Below, in pieces: positions 26,001 to 36,597 of a stretch of DNA of 64,000 nt. The stretch covers positions 272,783-336,782 of the forward strand of contig JAVSMS010000001.1 of the NCBI GenBank assembly GCA_032027085.1, given 5' to 3'. Numbering within the stretch: position 1 is the first letter of the stretch; each line of letters starts with the position of its first letter. Origin of the DNA: Pseudorhodoplanes sp. (lineage in GTDB: Bacteria > Pseudomonadota > Alphaproteobacteria > Rhizobiales > Xanthobacteraceae). The notes under the pieces were generated by a model. It was not told the DNA's origin. It made no database searches and saw only the letters and a list, made by a program, of their open reading frames with translations. The translations under genes and the position numbers were made by a program.

Positions 26001-27677
26001 TCAGCTTCCGGCTGCGACCACCGGCACGAGCAAGTGCGAGTCGCAGCGGCCGCCAGTATGGATCACATGGCGGCCAGCATTGATAGTCTTTGGATGGCGC
26101 GCCAGCACCATCCAGCGCGCATATTTATAGATGTCGCTGCCCTGCACAACCACGCGCAGTCTCTCGCCGGCCTTGAAACGGGTTCCGGACGGCCAGATCT
26201 CGATCTCGACCGGCGTCGGAACACCACTCTTCAGTTTCATCTGTCGCCGGTGCAGCAGCCACGGCTGATGCGGGGTCGAGCGCTCCTCATCAAGCTCCCG
26301 GTGCGACGCGCGCAGCCAGCCGAGCGCTACGGGCCCGTCCTCCAGCGCGCTGAAGGCGGCAAAGGGCACGTATTTGCCATGACGATCGAACTTCTGGACA
26401 GCAATGAAGATATCCATGTCGTCGGCGCCGACCGCCTCGACCCAGAGCTTGAGTTTCATGTGCCCAGTCAGCTCGGTCGTCTTCCGGAAGACATAATCGA
26501 ACTGGGCCCGTTCGTCGCGGTACGCCGCAGGGCAGCGCGACTCGTCTCCCGGTGCGTCATACGAGACCGAGGACCTGGCCTTTAGCGGGGACGCGCGAAG
26601 CGCGCCGCTGCGTGCGTCAAGAAAGAGCTTTCTGTATTCGGTGCGAGCGAGCGGCCATTCATTCTCGTTCCTGACCTTCCCGACGTAGTAGCGATCGCGC
26701 ACTTCGAGCCGCACCTTAGGCCAGCGCGGCACCTCGTTGCCGATTCCCTTCAGGAAGTGGTCAAAGAATATCCTTTGCTTCTCCACATTGTCCGGCTGGT
26801 GATAATTCTCCCATTTCTTGCGGCCGTGGATGACGAGCCACTTGTCCCTGGATGCGACTCTCTTATAGGCCTCCAGTGTGCCGCGCAGATGCAGGCCCTG
26901 ATCGGCCCAGCTCGCTACCACGAAAGCCGGCACCTCGATTTTGGAAAAGTCGGCCACCTTGCTCGCCCAATAGTCGTCGAACTGCGGATGCGCCTTCATC
27001 ATCTCCGGCACGTCCTCAACGCAGCCGATCGAATAGGAGATGGACTTCTGCCATACGGGAGAGAAGAAGGTCTCGGGGATGCCGCCATGGAAGGCGAATT
27101 CGCGATACATATCGCTCAAGCCTTCCCAGGGGTTGATGGCGGCGAGATGTGGCGGCCGCGTTGCCGCCACCAGCCATTGGATGATGGCGAGATAGGACAC
27201 GCCGGACAGGCCCACCTTGCCGTTGCACCAGTCCTGCACACCGGCCCATTCCACGAGATCGTGGCCGTCCTGCGCCTCCTCATGGCCCCAATAGGTTGCT
27301 TCCCCTTCCGAATGCCATGTACCACGTGGGTCCACGTTGATGATGGCGTAGCCGCGCGGCACCCAGTAGAGCGGATCGGGCGCTTCGAAATTCGTGTAGG
27401 GCGAATACCATTCACGCTTGACGCCGCCTTCCTTGTAAAAGTAACCGTACTGGAAGGGCCGGTGTTTGCCGTAGGCGCTCCAGGCGATTAGCGCCGGCAC
27501 CTTCTCCTTCGACTCAGGGCGCGTGACATCGACATAAATTTTCACCCCGTCACGCATCTGTACGGCGACATCACGCTCGAAGATCATGCCGTGCTCGCGG
27601 ACCACGCGATAGCCAAGTCCGGGATATTGATGGCTCTCGGGCGGCGCACCCTTCTTGAAGATTCTCTCGTAGGACAT
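26001..27677 (-). CDS. CocE/NonD-family (S15 X-Pro dipeptidyl-peptidase-like) hydrolase
   Basis: 558 aa. N-terminal RDGVKIYVDVTRP...ALIAWSAYGK, nucleophile region GLSGVSYLAIIQW, and a C-terminal beta-sandwich region. Confidence 0.8.
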   Translation of the reverse strand: MSYERIFKKGAPPESHQYPGLGYRVVREHGMIFERDVAVQMRDGVKIYVDVTRPESKEKVPALIAWSAYGKHRPFQYGYFYKEGGVKREWYSPYTNFEAPDPLYWVPRGYAIINVDPRGTWHSEGEATYWGHEEAQDGHDLVEWAGVQDWCNGKVGLSGVSYLAIIQWLVAATRPPHLAAINPWEGLSDMYREFAFHGGIPETFFSPVWQKSISYSIGCVEDVPEMMKAHPQFDDYWASKVADFSKIEVPAFVVASWADQGLHLRGTLEAYKRVASRDKWLVIHGRKKWENYHQPDNVEKQRIFFDHFLKGIGNEVPRWPKVRLEVRDRYYVGKVRNENEWPLARTEYRKLFLDARSGALRASPLKARSSVSYDAPGDESRCPAAYRDERAQFDYVFRKTTELTGHMKLKLWVEAVGADDMDIFIAVQKFDRHGKYVPFAAFSALEDGPVALGWLRASHRELDEERSTPHQPWLLHRRQMKLKSGVPTPVEIEIWPSGTRFKAGERLRVVVQGSDIYKYARWMVLARHPKTINAGRHVIHTGGRCDSHLLVPVVAAGS

Positions 27678-27705
27678 TGGCTTGACTTCTCACGTGGCTG
27701 GTTGA

Positions 27706-29232
27706 TTAACGCAGGGCTGTGCGGTCGATCTTGCCGAGCACGTTGCGCGGCAGTTCGTTGACGAATTCGATGATCTTGGGCCGCCGGCTGCGCGGCAGTT
27801 CGTCGCTGTCGAGGCAGAAGCGGTCGATCTCTTCGGGGGTGAGATCGGGGCTGCGCCGCACGACCAGCGCCTTGACCAGTTGTCCCCATTTCAGGTCGGC
27901 GACGCCGCAAACAGCGACATCAGCGATGCCGGGATGCTTGGACAGGAAGAACTCCACCTCCTGCGGATAGATATTCTCGCCGCCGCTGATGATCACGTTA
28001 TCGACGCGGTCGACAGGATAAAGATAGCCATCACGGTCGAGGCGCACGATGTCGCGCGCATATTGCCATCCCTCACGCGCGCGTAGCGTCTCACCGGGCG
28101 AGCAGAAATAGTCACTGATGCATTGCGGCCCGCGGTTGATGAGCTGACCTTCGCCCGGCATGGCGATCACCTCATCCGGCGCTGCCTCGATGCCGTCGGC
28201 TGCGCGGATCACGCGCACCTCCTGGAAATAGCTCGGTTTGCCGATGCTCTCCCACTTGTCTTCCGGCTCAAGGCCGGTATGGCAGGTGGTGATGGCGGTG
28301 CAGCTCTCGGTCGTACCGTAGGTGTTGAGCACCTCGCAGCCGAGCACACAGCGAACTTGATGCAACAGGGTCTTGGGCAAAGGCGAGCCGCCGCTGCGCA
28401 ACAGCCGCAGCGAGCCAATATCGAGCGCGGCGAGTTCGGCCCGCGCTTCAAGGAGCTGATGCATCTGCGTCGGCACGGCAAAAAGCTCAGTGACCTTGTG
28501 CCGCTCGATCAGGCGCAGCGCCTTCTTCGCCTCGTAGTCGCTGATCATTACCTGGCTCGCGCCGACGAAGAGATAGGCGACGAAAAAATTGGTGGCTGCC
28601 CCGATGACCACCGGCGCGAGGCTCATGCCCACATGCCCGCGGTCGAGCCCCATTTCCAGACAGTACTGGATGGCGGTGAGGATCTGGGTCGCATGAGTAA
28701 AGGCCGCACCTTTCGGGACTCCGGTGGTGCCGGAGGTGTGGATCACGTTGCACAGATCGCCGCTTGCGATCGCCGCCGGCGGCGGCGGCGTTGCCGGCTC
28801 GCCAGCGCAATCGGCAAAGTCCAGCACGCCCCGCGGTAGCGGCTGCCCAACGCCGATATATCGGCAGTTCCCCCGCCCGATCAGCCCCTCCACCGTCCTG
28901 GAGAAGCCGGCGTTGAAGATGATCGCAGCCAGCGCTTCCTGCTCCACCACATTGCCGATGGCAGCGGGCGAAAGGCGGTAGTTCAGCGCCGACGACAACA
29001 CGCCGAGCTTCTGGCATGCGACGAAGCCGATAGCGAATTCGGGACAGTTGTTTAGCAATAGGCCGACCGCGTCGCCCTTACGCAGGCCGAGCGAATGCAG
29101 CAGATGCGCCAACCGATTAGCGTGCGCGTCGAGCTCGGCATAAGTATAGACGCGCTCCTCGCCGATGATTGCCGGCCGATCGGGCCAGCGGCGCGCATTC
29201 GCCTCCAAACAGTCGCGCAGCGTTCCCAGCAT
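27706..29232 (-). CDS. AMP-dependent synthetase/ligase (acyl-CoA ligase family)
   Basis: Start at MLGTLRDCLE (ATG 29230-29232, AAGGAGG upstream). AMP-binding motif IHTSGTTGVPKGA, and a C-terminal GKIDRTAL. Confidence 0.85.
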   Translation of the reverse strand: MLGTLRDCLEANARRWPDRPAIIGEERVYTYAELDAHANRLAHLLHSLGLRKGDAVGLLLNNCPEFAIGFVACQKLGVLSSALNYRLSPAAIGNVVEQEALAAIIFNAGFSRTVEGLIGRGNCRYIGVGQPLPRGVLDFADCAGEPATPPPPAAIASGDLCNVIHTSGTTGVPKGAAFTHATQILTAIQYCLEMGLDRGHVGMSLAPVVIGAATNFFVAYLFVGASQVMISDYEAKKALRLIERHKVTELFAVPTQMHQLLEARAELAALDIGSLRLLRSGGSPLPKTLLHQVRCVLGCEVLNTYGTTESCTAITTCHTGLEPEDKWESIGKPSYFQEVRVIRAADGIEAAPDEVIAMPGEGQLINRGPQCISDYFCSPGETLRAREGWQYARDIVRLDRDGYLYPVDRVDNVIISGGENIYPQEVEFFLSKHPGIADVAVCGVADLKWGQLVKALVVRRSPDLTPEEIDRFCLDSDELPRSRRPKIIEFVNELPRNVLGKIDRTALR

Positions 29233-29293
29233 TTTGTCCTCCTTGCGCGCCGCAGGCGGCGAGCTTGCCGCCTGCGGCCTCGTGCCGGCGCCG

Positions 29294-30475
29294 CTATTGC
29301 GGCAGGCTATAGCGCCAAGCCTTGTTGGCAGGATCGATCTCAAGCAGGCGCGAGCGAATGTAGCCGTCGCCGGAATCGCGCATCTCAATCCGATTCAGCC
29401 CCTGCCACGACTTGACTGCGGCGAGCCCCTCCATGATCGCGGTGCGCGCCTGGCCCACGTCGGTCGAGCCGTCGATCTTCTTCTCCTTCATGATGCCGGC
29501 GAGCAGCATCATGGCGTCATAGGCGAGCGTCGCATTAGCAACATTGGCGGGCTTGGCGAGGCTCGTGGTTTCGCCCGAGAGCTTGGCGTAGCGGGCGCCG
29601 AAGTCGTCGTGCCCCTTAATACCCGGCGCAGATTCGTTGGTGTTGAAACCGATGGTGTAGACATTCTTCGCGCCGGCACTCACCACCTGCGGAAAATTAC
29701 CGGGCCAGATCAACGCATTCACCAGAACCGGCGGGCTCGCCCCTTGCGTGTCCAGCTCCTTCAGGATGGCAAGGACGTTGGGCGGAAAGGCCGAAAGGAA
29801 GATCGCGTCGGGCGCAAGCCCGCGGATCTTGATTGCGATCGGTGAGAAATCCGTAGTGCGGGTGTCGAAGCCCACGGTGTCGATGATCTCCAGGCTGTTG
29901 GCTTTCGCCGCTTTCTGGAATTCATGCACGCCAGAGGCGCCCGAGGCCTCCTTCAAGTCGCCGGCCACGATCACCTTCTTGACCTTGGGATACTTTTTGA
30001 GGAATTCGGCGACCCCTTCCGGCACCATCATCTCGTCAGTCGGATGCACCCGCAACGCATAGGGCTTTTTGGAGATGCCCGGCTTTAGCGCGGTGAAGTT
30101 CAGTACTGGCGCCTTCATCGAGTTGGCGAGCGGCGCCACGCTCTCCCAGGTGGTGCCGGAGATCGGTCCGAGCGAGGCAACCACACCGTCCGCCACATGT
30201 CGGCGGAACAAGAGCACCGCCTGGTCGGCGCGCCCCTGGTCGTCGTCAAGCAGGAAGTCGATCTTGCTGCCGTTGATGCCACCCGCAACATTCAGGTCCT
30301 CGATCGCCATAGTGATACCGATCCGATACATGGTGCCATTCGGGGCCTGGAAGCCGGACAGCGGCAGACTGCCGCCGATCTTGATCGGCGGCTTATCGGC
30401 CGCGAGAAGCGCGGTGCCCGCGAACATACTCACCAGGATCAGGCATCCGGAAATCAGTTTGCGCCGGTGCAACAT
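29294..30475 (-). CDS. ABC transporter substrate-binding protein (branched-chain amino acid / LivJ-like family)
   Basis: 393 aa with a signal peptide (LILVSMFAGTALLAA) and a periplasmic-binding type I fold pattern. Adjacent to Liv-type permease and ATPase genes. Confidence 0.8.
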   Translation of the reverse strand: MLHRRKLISGCLILVSMFAGTALLAADKPPIKIGGSLPLSGFQAPNGTMYRIGITMAIEDLNVAGGINGSKIDFLLDDDQGRADQAVLLFRRHVADGVVASLGPISGTTWESVAPLANSMKAPVLNFTALKPGISKKPYALRVHPTDEMMVPEGVAEFLKKYPKVKKVIVAGDLKEASGASGVHEFQKAAKANSLEIIDTVGFDTRTTDFSPIAIKIRGLAPDAIFLSAFPPNVLAILKELDTQGASPPVLVNALIWPGNFPQVVSAGAKNVYTIGFNTNESAPGIKGHDDFGARYAKLSGETTSLAKPANVANATLAYDAMMLLAGIMKEKKIDGSTDVGQARTAIMEGLAAVKSWQGLNRIEMRDSGDGYIRSRLLEIDPANKAWRYSLPQ

Positions 30476-30492
30476 AGTTCAGTCCTCCCTCG

Positions 30493-31202
<710 letters not shown>

Positions 31203-31206
<4 letters not shown>

Positions 31207-31961
31207 TGCGCCTCGTCCGTTCCGAGGTAGGCCTCGATCACGTGCGGCTGCGCCAGGACTTCGGCCGGGCTGCCTTCGGCAATCTTGCGGCCGGAATCGA
31301 TTACCACAAGTCGATCGGCGAGCTTCTGCATCAGTGCGACGTCGTGCTCGATGATGACGAGAGCTTCCAGCATCTCGCGCAAGGACTGGATGGTGCGGTT
31401 GAGCTCCCAAGTCTCCTGCTCGTTCATTCCCGCGGCCGGCTCGTCGAGGAACAGGAGCGAGGGCCCGCCGGCCAGTGCCCGGGCGATCTCCAGCCGCCGC
31501 GCTTCGCCATAAGCGAGCGAGCCCGCGCCGCGATCGGCCTTGTCGATGAGATGCACGCGCTCCAGCAGCGCCATCGCCGCCGATCTGTCACCGTGCTTAT
31601 GCCAGGACAATCCTGCGCGCAGTGGGCGCGCGACATGCGCTTTGTCGGCGACCAGCACATTCTCCAGCACCGTCATCCGGCGCAGGAGCCGGATATTCTG
31701 ATAGGTGCGTGCCATGCCAAGCCGCGCAAGCTTGTGGCTCGGCAGCTGCGTCACGTCGCGCCCGCGATAGCGCACGGCGCCACCACTCGCCGAATAGATG
31801 CCAGTGACCACATTGACCAGGACCGATTTGCCGGCACCGTTCGGTCCCATCAGACCGAGGATTTCGCCGCGCCGGACCTCAAGTGACACCGCATTGAGCG
31901 CGATCAGCCCGTGGAAGGACTTGCTAAGGCTCTCAATCGCAAGAATGGGTTCGGAGGTCAT
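31203..31961 (-). CDS. ABC transporter ATP-binding protein (LivG-like)
   Basis: 252 aa. GPNGAGKS, LAYGEARRLEIARAL, LLFLDEPAAG. Confidence 0.85.
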
Positions 31962-32803
31962 GCGGCGTCCGATCGATCCGCTCGGGCGGTGCTTTTGGCA
32001 CGCGTGCTTGGCACGCGGAAGGAGAGAAGCCCGTCTGGCCGCACGAGCAGCAGAACCAGGATGACGACGCCGAAGATCGTCGGCCGCCAGCTCTCAAAAC
32101 CGCGCACGAATTCCGGCAGCAGGGTCATGATCGTCGCGCCGAGCGCGGGACCCCACATATTGTTGGTACCGCCGAGCACAGCATAGAGCACGATGAAAAC
32201 AGAGAGCGTTATGCTGAACTGATCGGGCGTCACATGGATGAGGTGATGTGCATAGAAGCTGCCGGCAACGGCGGCGAGGAAGGCGCCGATGCCGATGCAG
32301 GCGAGCTTGACATAGAGCACGTTGATGCCGAGCGAGCCGGCGACCAGTTCGTCCTCGCGCACCGCGTCGAGGATGCGCTGCAGCGGCGACTTCGTCAGAA
32401 GCCACAGCCCGCAGCCGACCAATAGCGTCAGCGCGACGACATGCCAAGGCGTGGTCCCGACCATACCGCCAAAGCCCTGTACGCCGCCAACATAATCGAT
32501 GGATTCGATCACCGCCTTTACCGAGACAGCGATGCCGACCGTCACCAGCATCAGATAGATGCCGCGGGTGCGCAGCGCGGGAAAGCCGACCAGCACGCCG
32601 ACCGCGCCGGCGGCGACGCCGGCAAGCGCTGCGGCGGCGACCAGTGGCAGGCCGAATTTCACTGTTAGCACGCCGGACACATAAGCGCCGATCGCCATGA
32701 AGCCGCCATTGGCGAAGGACAGGCTGCCGGCCAGCAGAATGACGTAGACGCTCCAGGCGAGCACGATGTTGACGCCGGTGAAGATGATATAATCCTGGAT
32801 CAT
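31958..32803 (-). CDS. branched-chain amino acid ABC permease (LivM-like)
   Basis: 281 aa, polytopic hydrophobic protein, overlapping-stop coupling to its neighbours. Confidence 0.8.
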   Translation of the reverse strand: MIQDYIIFTGVNIVLAWSVYVILLAGSLSFANGGFMAIGAYVSGVLTVKFGLPLVAAAALAGVAAGAVGVLVGFPALRTRGIYLMLVTVGIAVSVKAVIESIDYVGGVQGFGGMVGTTPWHVVALTLLVGCGLWLLTKSPLQRILDAVREDELVAGSLGINVLYVKLACIGIGAFLAAVAGSFYAHHLIHVTPDQFSITLSVFIVLYAVLGGTNNMWGPALGATIMTLLPEFVRGFESWRPTIFGVVILVLLLVRPDGLLSFRVPSTRAKSTARADRSDAA

Positions 32804-33684
32804 GCGCGGATGTCTCGTGGCAGCAGGCTGCCGAACAGCCCGGAGGGACGCACCAGCAGCACCACGATCATGAAGACCCAGACGAAGACATCGGCGAGCT
32901 GGCCAGCACCGAAATGAAAGGCGAGGGATTCGAGGACGCCGACCAGGAGCCCGCCAATCAGCGCGCCGCGCAGATCGCCCATGCCGCCGATCGCCATGAT
33001 CGCCAGCGCTTTGAGACCGAAGGTGAAACCGACATCGGTCGAGGCATAGCCAGTGCGCACTGCGAGCGCGAGCCCGGCAAGCCCCGCCATCACCGAAGCG
33101 ATAACGAAGACCTGCTGGTTTACCCGGGTCACGTCGATGCCAAACAGCCGCGCCTTCATCGGCGATTCGGCAACCGCGCGAATTTTGCGGCCGAGCCCGG
33201 TCTTTGCCACCACGAGATAAAGAACGAGCATCAGTAGGAGCGATATGGCGAGGATCGCAAGCCGTAGCGCGACTAGCCGAATGCCGAAGATTTCGACCGT
33301 CGCCGATTGCAGGCTGCCCGGCAGGGTCAGCGCCACGGGCTCAGCGCCCCAGATCTTCTGCGACACGTCGATAATCACAAGACCGATGGCGAAGGAACTC
33401 AGCGCGGCGGTGATATGCGCGTCCGGCGACTGGAACTTGCGAAAGCCGACCAGCTCGACCGCAAGCCCGAGCAGCGCAGAGATAATCGCCGTTACCAGGA
33501 GCGCGATCGACAGCGGCGCACCGAGCGCGACGCTTGCCAGGCAAAGGAAGCCGCCCAGCATGAAAACCTCACCATGCGCGAAGTTCAGCTTGTCCAGAAC
33601 CCCGAAGACGAGCGTGTAGCCTTGCGCAATCAGCGCATACATGCTGCCAAGCACGATGCCATTGATGATCTGCTCAATCAGCAT
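32800..33684 (-). CDS. branched-chain amino acid ABC permease (LivH-like)
   Basis: Start at MLIEQIINGIVLGSMYALIAQGYTLVFG, the typical LivH N-terminus. Hydrophobic throughout. Confidence 0.8.
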   Translation of the reverse strand: MLIEQIINGIVLGSMYALIAQGYTLVFGVLDKLNFAHGEVFMLGGFLCLASVALGAPLSIALLVTAIISALLGLAVELVGFRKFQSPDAHITAALSSFAIGLVIIDVSQKIWGAEPVALTLPGSLQSATVEIFGIRLVALRLAILAISLLLMLVLYLVVAKTGLGRKIRAVAESPMKARLFGIDVTRVNQQVFVIASVMAGLAGLALAVRTGYASTDVGFTFGLKALAIMAIGGMGDLRGALIGGLLVGVLESLAFHFGAGQLADVFVWVFMIVVLLVRPSGLFGSLLPRDIRA

Positions 33685-33742
33685 CGGCTTTCCCAGTGAG
33701 CAGCGGCGCAAGTCCGCAGGCGGACGCGGTGGGCGGAGGGGC

Positions 33743-35515
33743 TCATTGCGGATAAAGGCCGCCGGAGAGAAAAGTATTCAGCAGATTGCCGCGGGTGATC
33801 GGCAGCAGCAAATAGGACGGGTGATCCTCGTTATGGAAAACCGTGACACGGCTGACCGCTGTGCGCGGCAAGCTGCCTGAGCCCGCAAGCTCGAACGGGT
33901 TCTTCGGCTCGTCGTCAACGCAGCGGATTCGCAGCGCCAGGCGCGAGCCTGCCTTGAACAGCCGGCCGGCTGGAATCAGCTTGATGTCGAACTCGTAGAT
34001 CTCTCCGGGTGACAGCGCCTGCGGATTGGCATGCTTATGGATCGGCTCCCACGGCTTTGACTTTTCCAGGTCGAGCTCGCGGTGCGAGCCTTTCAGCCAG
34101 CCCTTGGTTACGAAATGCTCCTTGTCGTCAGCGTCAATCTCCAGGAGCGAGACGATCCAGTTGACGTCGGTGTCGGTCGTCGAGGCAAAGAGCTTCAGGG
34201 CGATCGGACCGCAGATTTCGGTATTCTCCACGAGCGGCGGCGTCACATACTGCAGCTTCCCGCGCATCCAGGGCGAATCCTCAAAGGAATCGCTTCCCTC
34301 ATAGCTCCAATGCTCGTGCTCGTTCAGCAGCCCCGCTTCGTGCAGGTAGAAGGGCACCCATTTGGTTTCCGGCAGCGGCCAGTCGGTCGCCTGCTTCCAT
34401 TCGCCGGTGCCTGAAATGAAGATCTGAATCGACGGCTCGCGCATGATGCCGTTGTTGATGCCCTTAACCCAGTGGTCGAACCAACGCACCGCCTCATGCT
34501 GAAGCTGGTAGACTGGCCGGTCGAGATAGACCGGCGGGCCTATAATCATCTTCTTGGGAACCTGGAGATGCTCCCAGCTGCGAAACGCAGCAGGCGTATG
34601 GATGCCGAACATGCCCCAGCAACCGCCGATAAAAGCGGGAATCCGGATATTGGCATAATCGGCAGTGCGCTCCTTCCAGAAGTCGTCGTAAAGCGGATGC
34701 AAGGCGAGATCGACGACGAATGGATTGACGCCGCTTTCCGGATCCTTCAGTGCCGCGACAAGCTCGGGAACAGCGTTGACGTCGTCGTCCTCTAGCAGCC
34801 GTGCGATCGCTTCGCGATAAGCCTTTTCCCCCATGCGCTGTTTGGAGAGATTGGCAGGCCGGCACTTACCGTAGATCAGCGATGTCGCGCTCCAACCGAT
34901 CGGCCATTTGTATGAGAACATCCCCCCGCGGTAGGTGAAATCCCTGTAGAAATCGGTCGACCCCCATGGACAGAAAATTGTCCTCAGGTGCGGCGGGTTG
35001 AGGGAAGCCGCGAGCAGCTGGATCCACGCAAAATAAGACACGCCGAACATGACGACATTGCCGTCGCACCAAGGCTGCGCCGCCAGCCACTCGATGGTCT
35101 CGTAGACGTCCTTCGTTTCCTGCGGACCGGAAAAGTCCCATAGCCCTTCCGATTTTCCCGTACCGCGCGCGTTGCAAACCGCATGCGCATAGCCGCGTCG
35201 CGCAAAAAAGATTGGATCCCCGGATTCGAGCGAGGCATTGGTCCGTTCCTGGCCTGCATTACGCCATTGCGCCGTGGACAGCGCCGCAGGCTTGATCGGG
35301 CCAGTCTGCCCATCGGCATGATAGCAATGGAAGCTGAGGATAACGGGAAATCGTTCCGTCGGGTCTTCGGATTTCGGTTTCCAGACATTGGCGCTGAGCC
35401 TGGTGCTGTCGCTCATAGGGATTTTGACGTCCTGCTCGGCAACCACTCCAAATTTCCGCGAGGAGGTTTTCCACCTTGTGCCGAACATCGCGCCTTTGTA
35501 TTCATCGAACGCCAT
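33743..35515 (-). CDS. CocE/NonD-family hydrolase (second copy, divergent)
   Basis: 590 aa. MSDSTRLSANVWKP...PVILSFHCY, nucleophile region VVMFGVSYFAWIQL. Same family as 26001..27677 but clearly diverged. Confidence 0.8.
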   Translation of the reverse strand: MAFDEYKGAMFGTRWKTSSRKFGVVAEQDVKIPMSDSTRLSANVWKPKSEDPTERFPVILSFHCYHADGQTGPIKPAALSTAQWRNAGQERTNASLESGDPIFFARRGYAHAVCNARGTGKSEGLWDFSGPQETKDVYETIEWLAAQPWCDGNVVMFGVSYFAWIQLLAASLNPPHLRTIFCPWGSTDFYRDFTYRGGMFSYKWPIGWSATSLIYGKCRPANLSKQRMGEKAYREAIARLLEDDDVNAVPELVAALKDPESGVNPFVVDLALHPLYDDFWKERTADYANIRIPAFIGGCWGMFGIHTPAAFRSWEHLQVPKKMIIGPPVYLDRPVYQLQHEAVRWFDHWVKGINNGIMREPSIQIFISGTGEWKQATDWPLPETKWVPFYLHEAGLLNEHEHWSYEGSDSFEDSPWMRGKLQYVTPPLVENTEICGPIALKLFASTTDTDVNWIVSLLEIDADDKEHFVTKGWLKGSHRELDLEKSKPWEPIHKHANPQALSPGEIYEFDIKLIPAGRLFKAGSRLALRIRCVDDEPKNPFELAGSGSLPRTAVSRVTVFHNEDHPSYLLLPITRGNLLNTFLSGGLYPQ

Positions 35516-35656
35516 GAAACATCGTTCCCCCTCTCAAAGACGCAGCAGCATGGGTTCCCGACTGATCGTTGTCAAGACAACGTTGTCACAACACCGGCCT
35601 AAAATGCCTTCTCTGCTGCAAAGCACAACGCCACACTTGACCTTTGTCAAAACCAG

Positions 35657-36220
35657 ATGACCGAAATCCATAGCGACGACCCAGAACTTCATATCCTCGA
35701 GAGTCTGATCACCTACAAGCTGACGAGGATTGTCGACACGATCGTACGCGCCGCTAGCCAAGTCTATCGCTCGCGCTACAACATCTCGATAACTGATCTG
35801 AGAATCCTGGCGACCATCGGCGCTCATTCTCCCTTGAGTGCCAACGGTGTCAGCCGCCTGACCCGTATCGACAAGGCTTGGGTCAGCCGATCGCTTGCCT
35901 CACTGGCGGAGCGAGGTCTGGTCGTGCGGAAAGTGCACGAGGAAGACAGCAGGATCATTCTGCTGGCACTGACGCCCAAGGGCCGCGCCCTGGTGCGTAG
36001 GATGGTTCCTTTCGCGGTCGCTCGCCACGAGCAGTTGCTTGCCAAGATCAACCGACCCAACCGGGTCCTGCTCAACGAACTGCTGGATATCCTGCAAAAT
36101 CAGGCCGACAGCCTGCTGTCCGAACCTGATCACACCTCTAAGAGCATTTTCAAAGGTCGCGCTAAAAGAGGGGTATCAAAGCGCTCAAAGCGCTCAAAGC
36201 GCTATATCGACAGCTTCTAA
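35657..36220 (+). CDS. MarR-family transcriptional regulator
   Basis: 187 aa with a winged-helix region (ITDLRILATIGAHSPLSANGVSRLTRIDKAWVSRSLASLAERGLVVRK). The C-terminal SKRSKRSKR is encoded by three tandem 9-nt units. Confidence 0.8.
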   Translation: MTEIHSDDPELHILESLITYKLTRIVDTIVRAASQVYRSRYNISITDLRILATIGAHSPLSANGVSRLTRIDKAWVSRSLASLAERGLVVRKVHEEDSRIILLALTPKGRALVRRMVPFAVARHEQLLAKINRPNRVLLNELLDILQNQADSLLSEPDHTSKSIFKGRAKRGVSKRSKRSKRYIDSF

Positions 36221-36339
36221 GACTCGAGGGCAAGTGGCGAAGATTTAGGTAACCGCTATCGCATCAGCGTGATCGCGCAGAAATTGGTCTGTACCCCGTT
36301 AGTCTATCGGCAAGCGTCGGTCTACTTCCTACTTCTGCG

Positions 36340-36470
36340 ATCCGCAAAGAGCCTGGCAGTGTGGCACCAACGAGAACACTATCGGGCTGCTCCGTCAGTG
36401 CTTCCCGAAAGACATCGACCTGAGCATCATAGCGCCGACAGCATCATAGCGCCGACGAAACCGTGGCCGA
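36340..36470 (+). pseudogene. IS30-family transposase C-terminal remnant
   Basis: Translation EPWQCGTNENTIGLLRQCFPKDIDLS matches the conserved IS30 block ([25 protein letters not shown]). It is followed by a tandem 17-nt duplication AGCATCATAGCGCCGAC x2 and a stop. Confidence 0.5.
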
Positions 36471-36597
36471 CCCCAAGCATCTCGGCGCTCAACTCGGCGT
36501 GACTGCCGTCCTCCACAACAACATCCGCATAGTCGAGCAGTTGCGCGTTACCGACGCGATCTGCTGCTAGCTCAATGTCGACGTTCTCATCTTTCGA

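Noticed and set aside
36176-36202. Three tandem 9-nt units (TCAAAGCGC) at the 3' end of the MarR gene
   Set aside because: It is an in-frame microsatellite encoding SKRSKRSKR. It is probably a trivial slippage product rather than a functional element.
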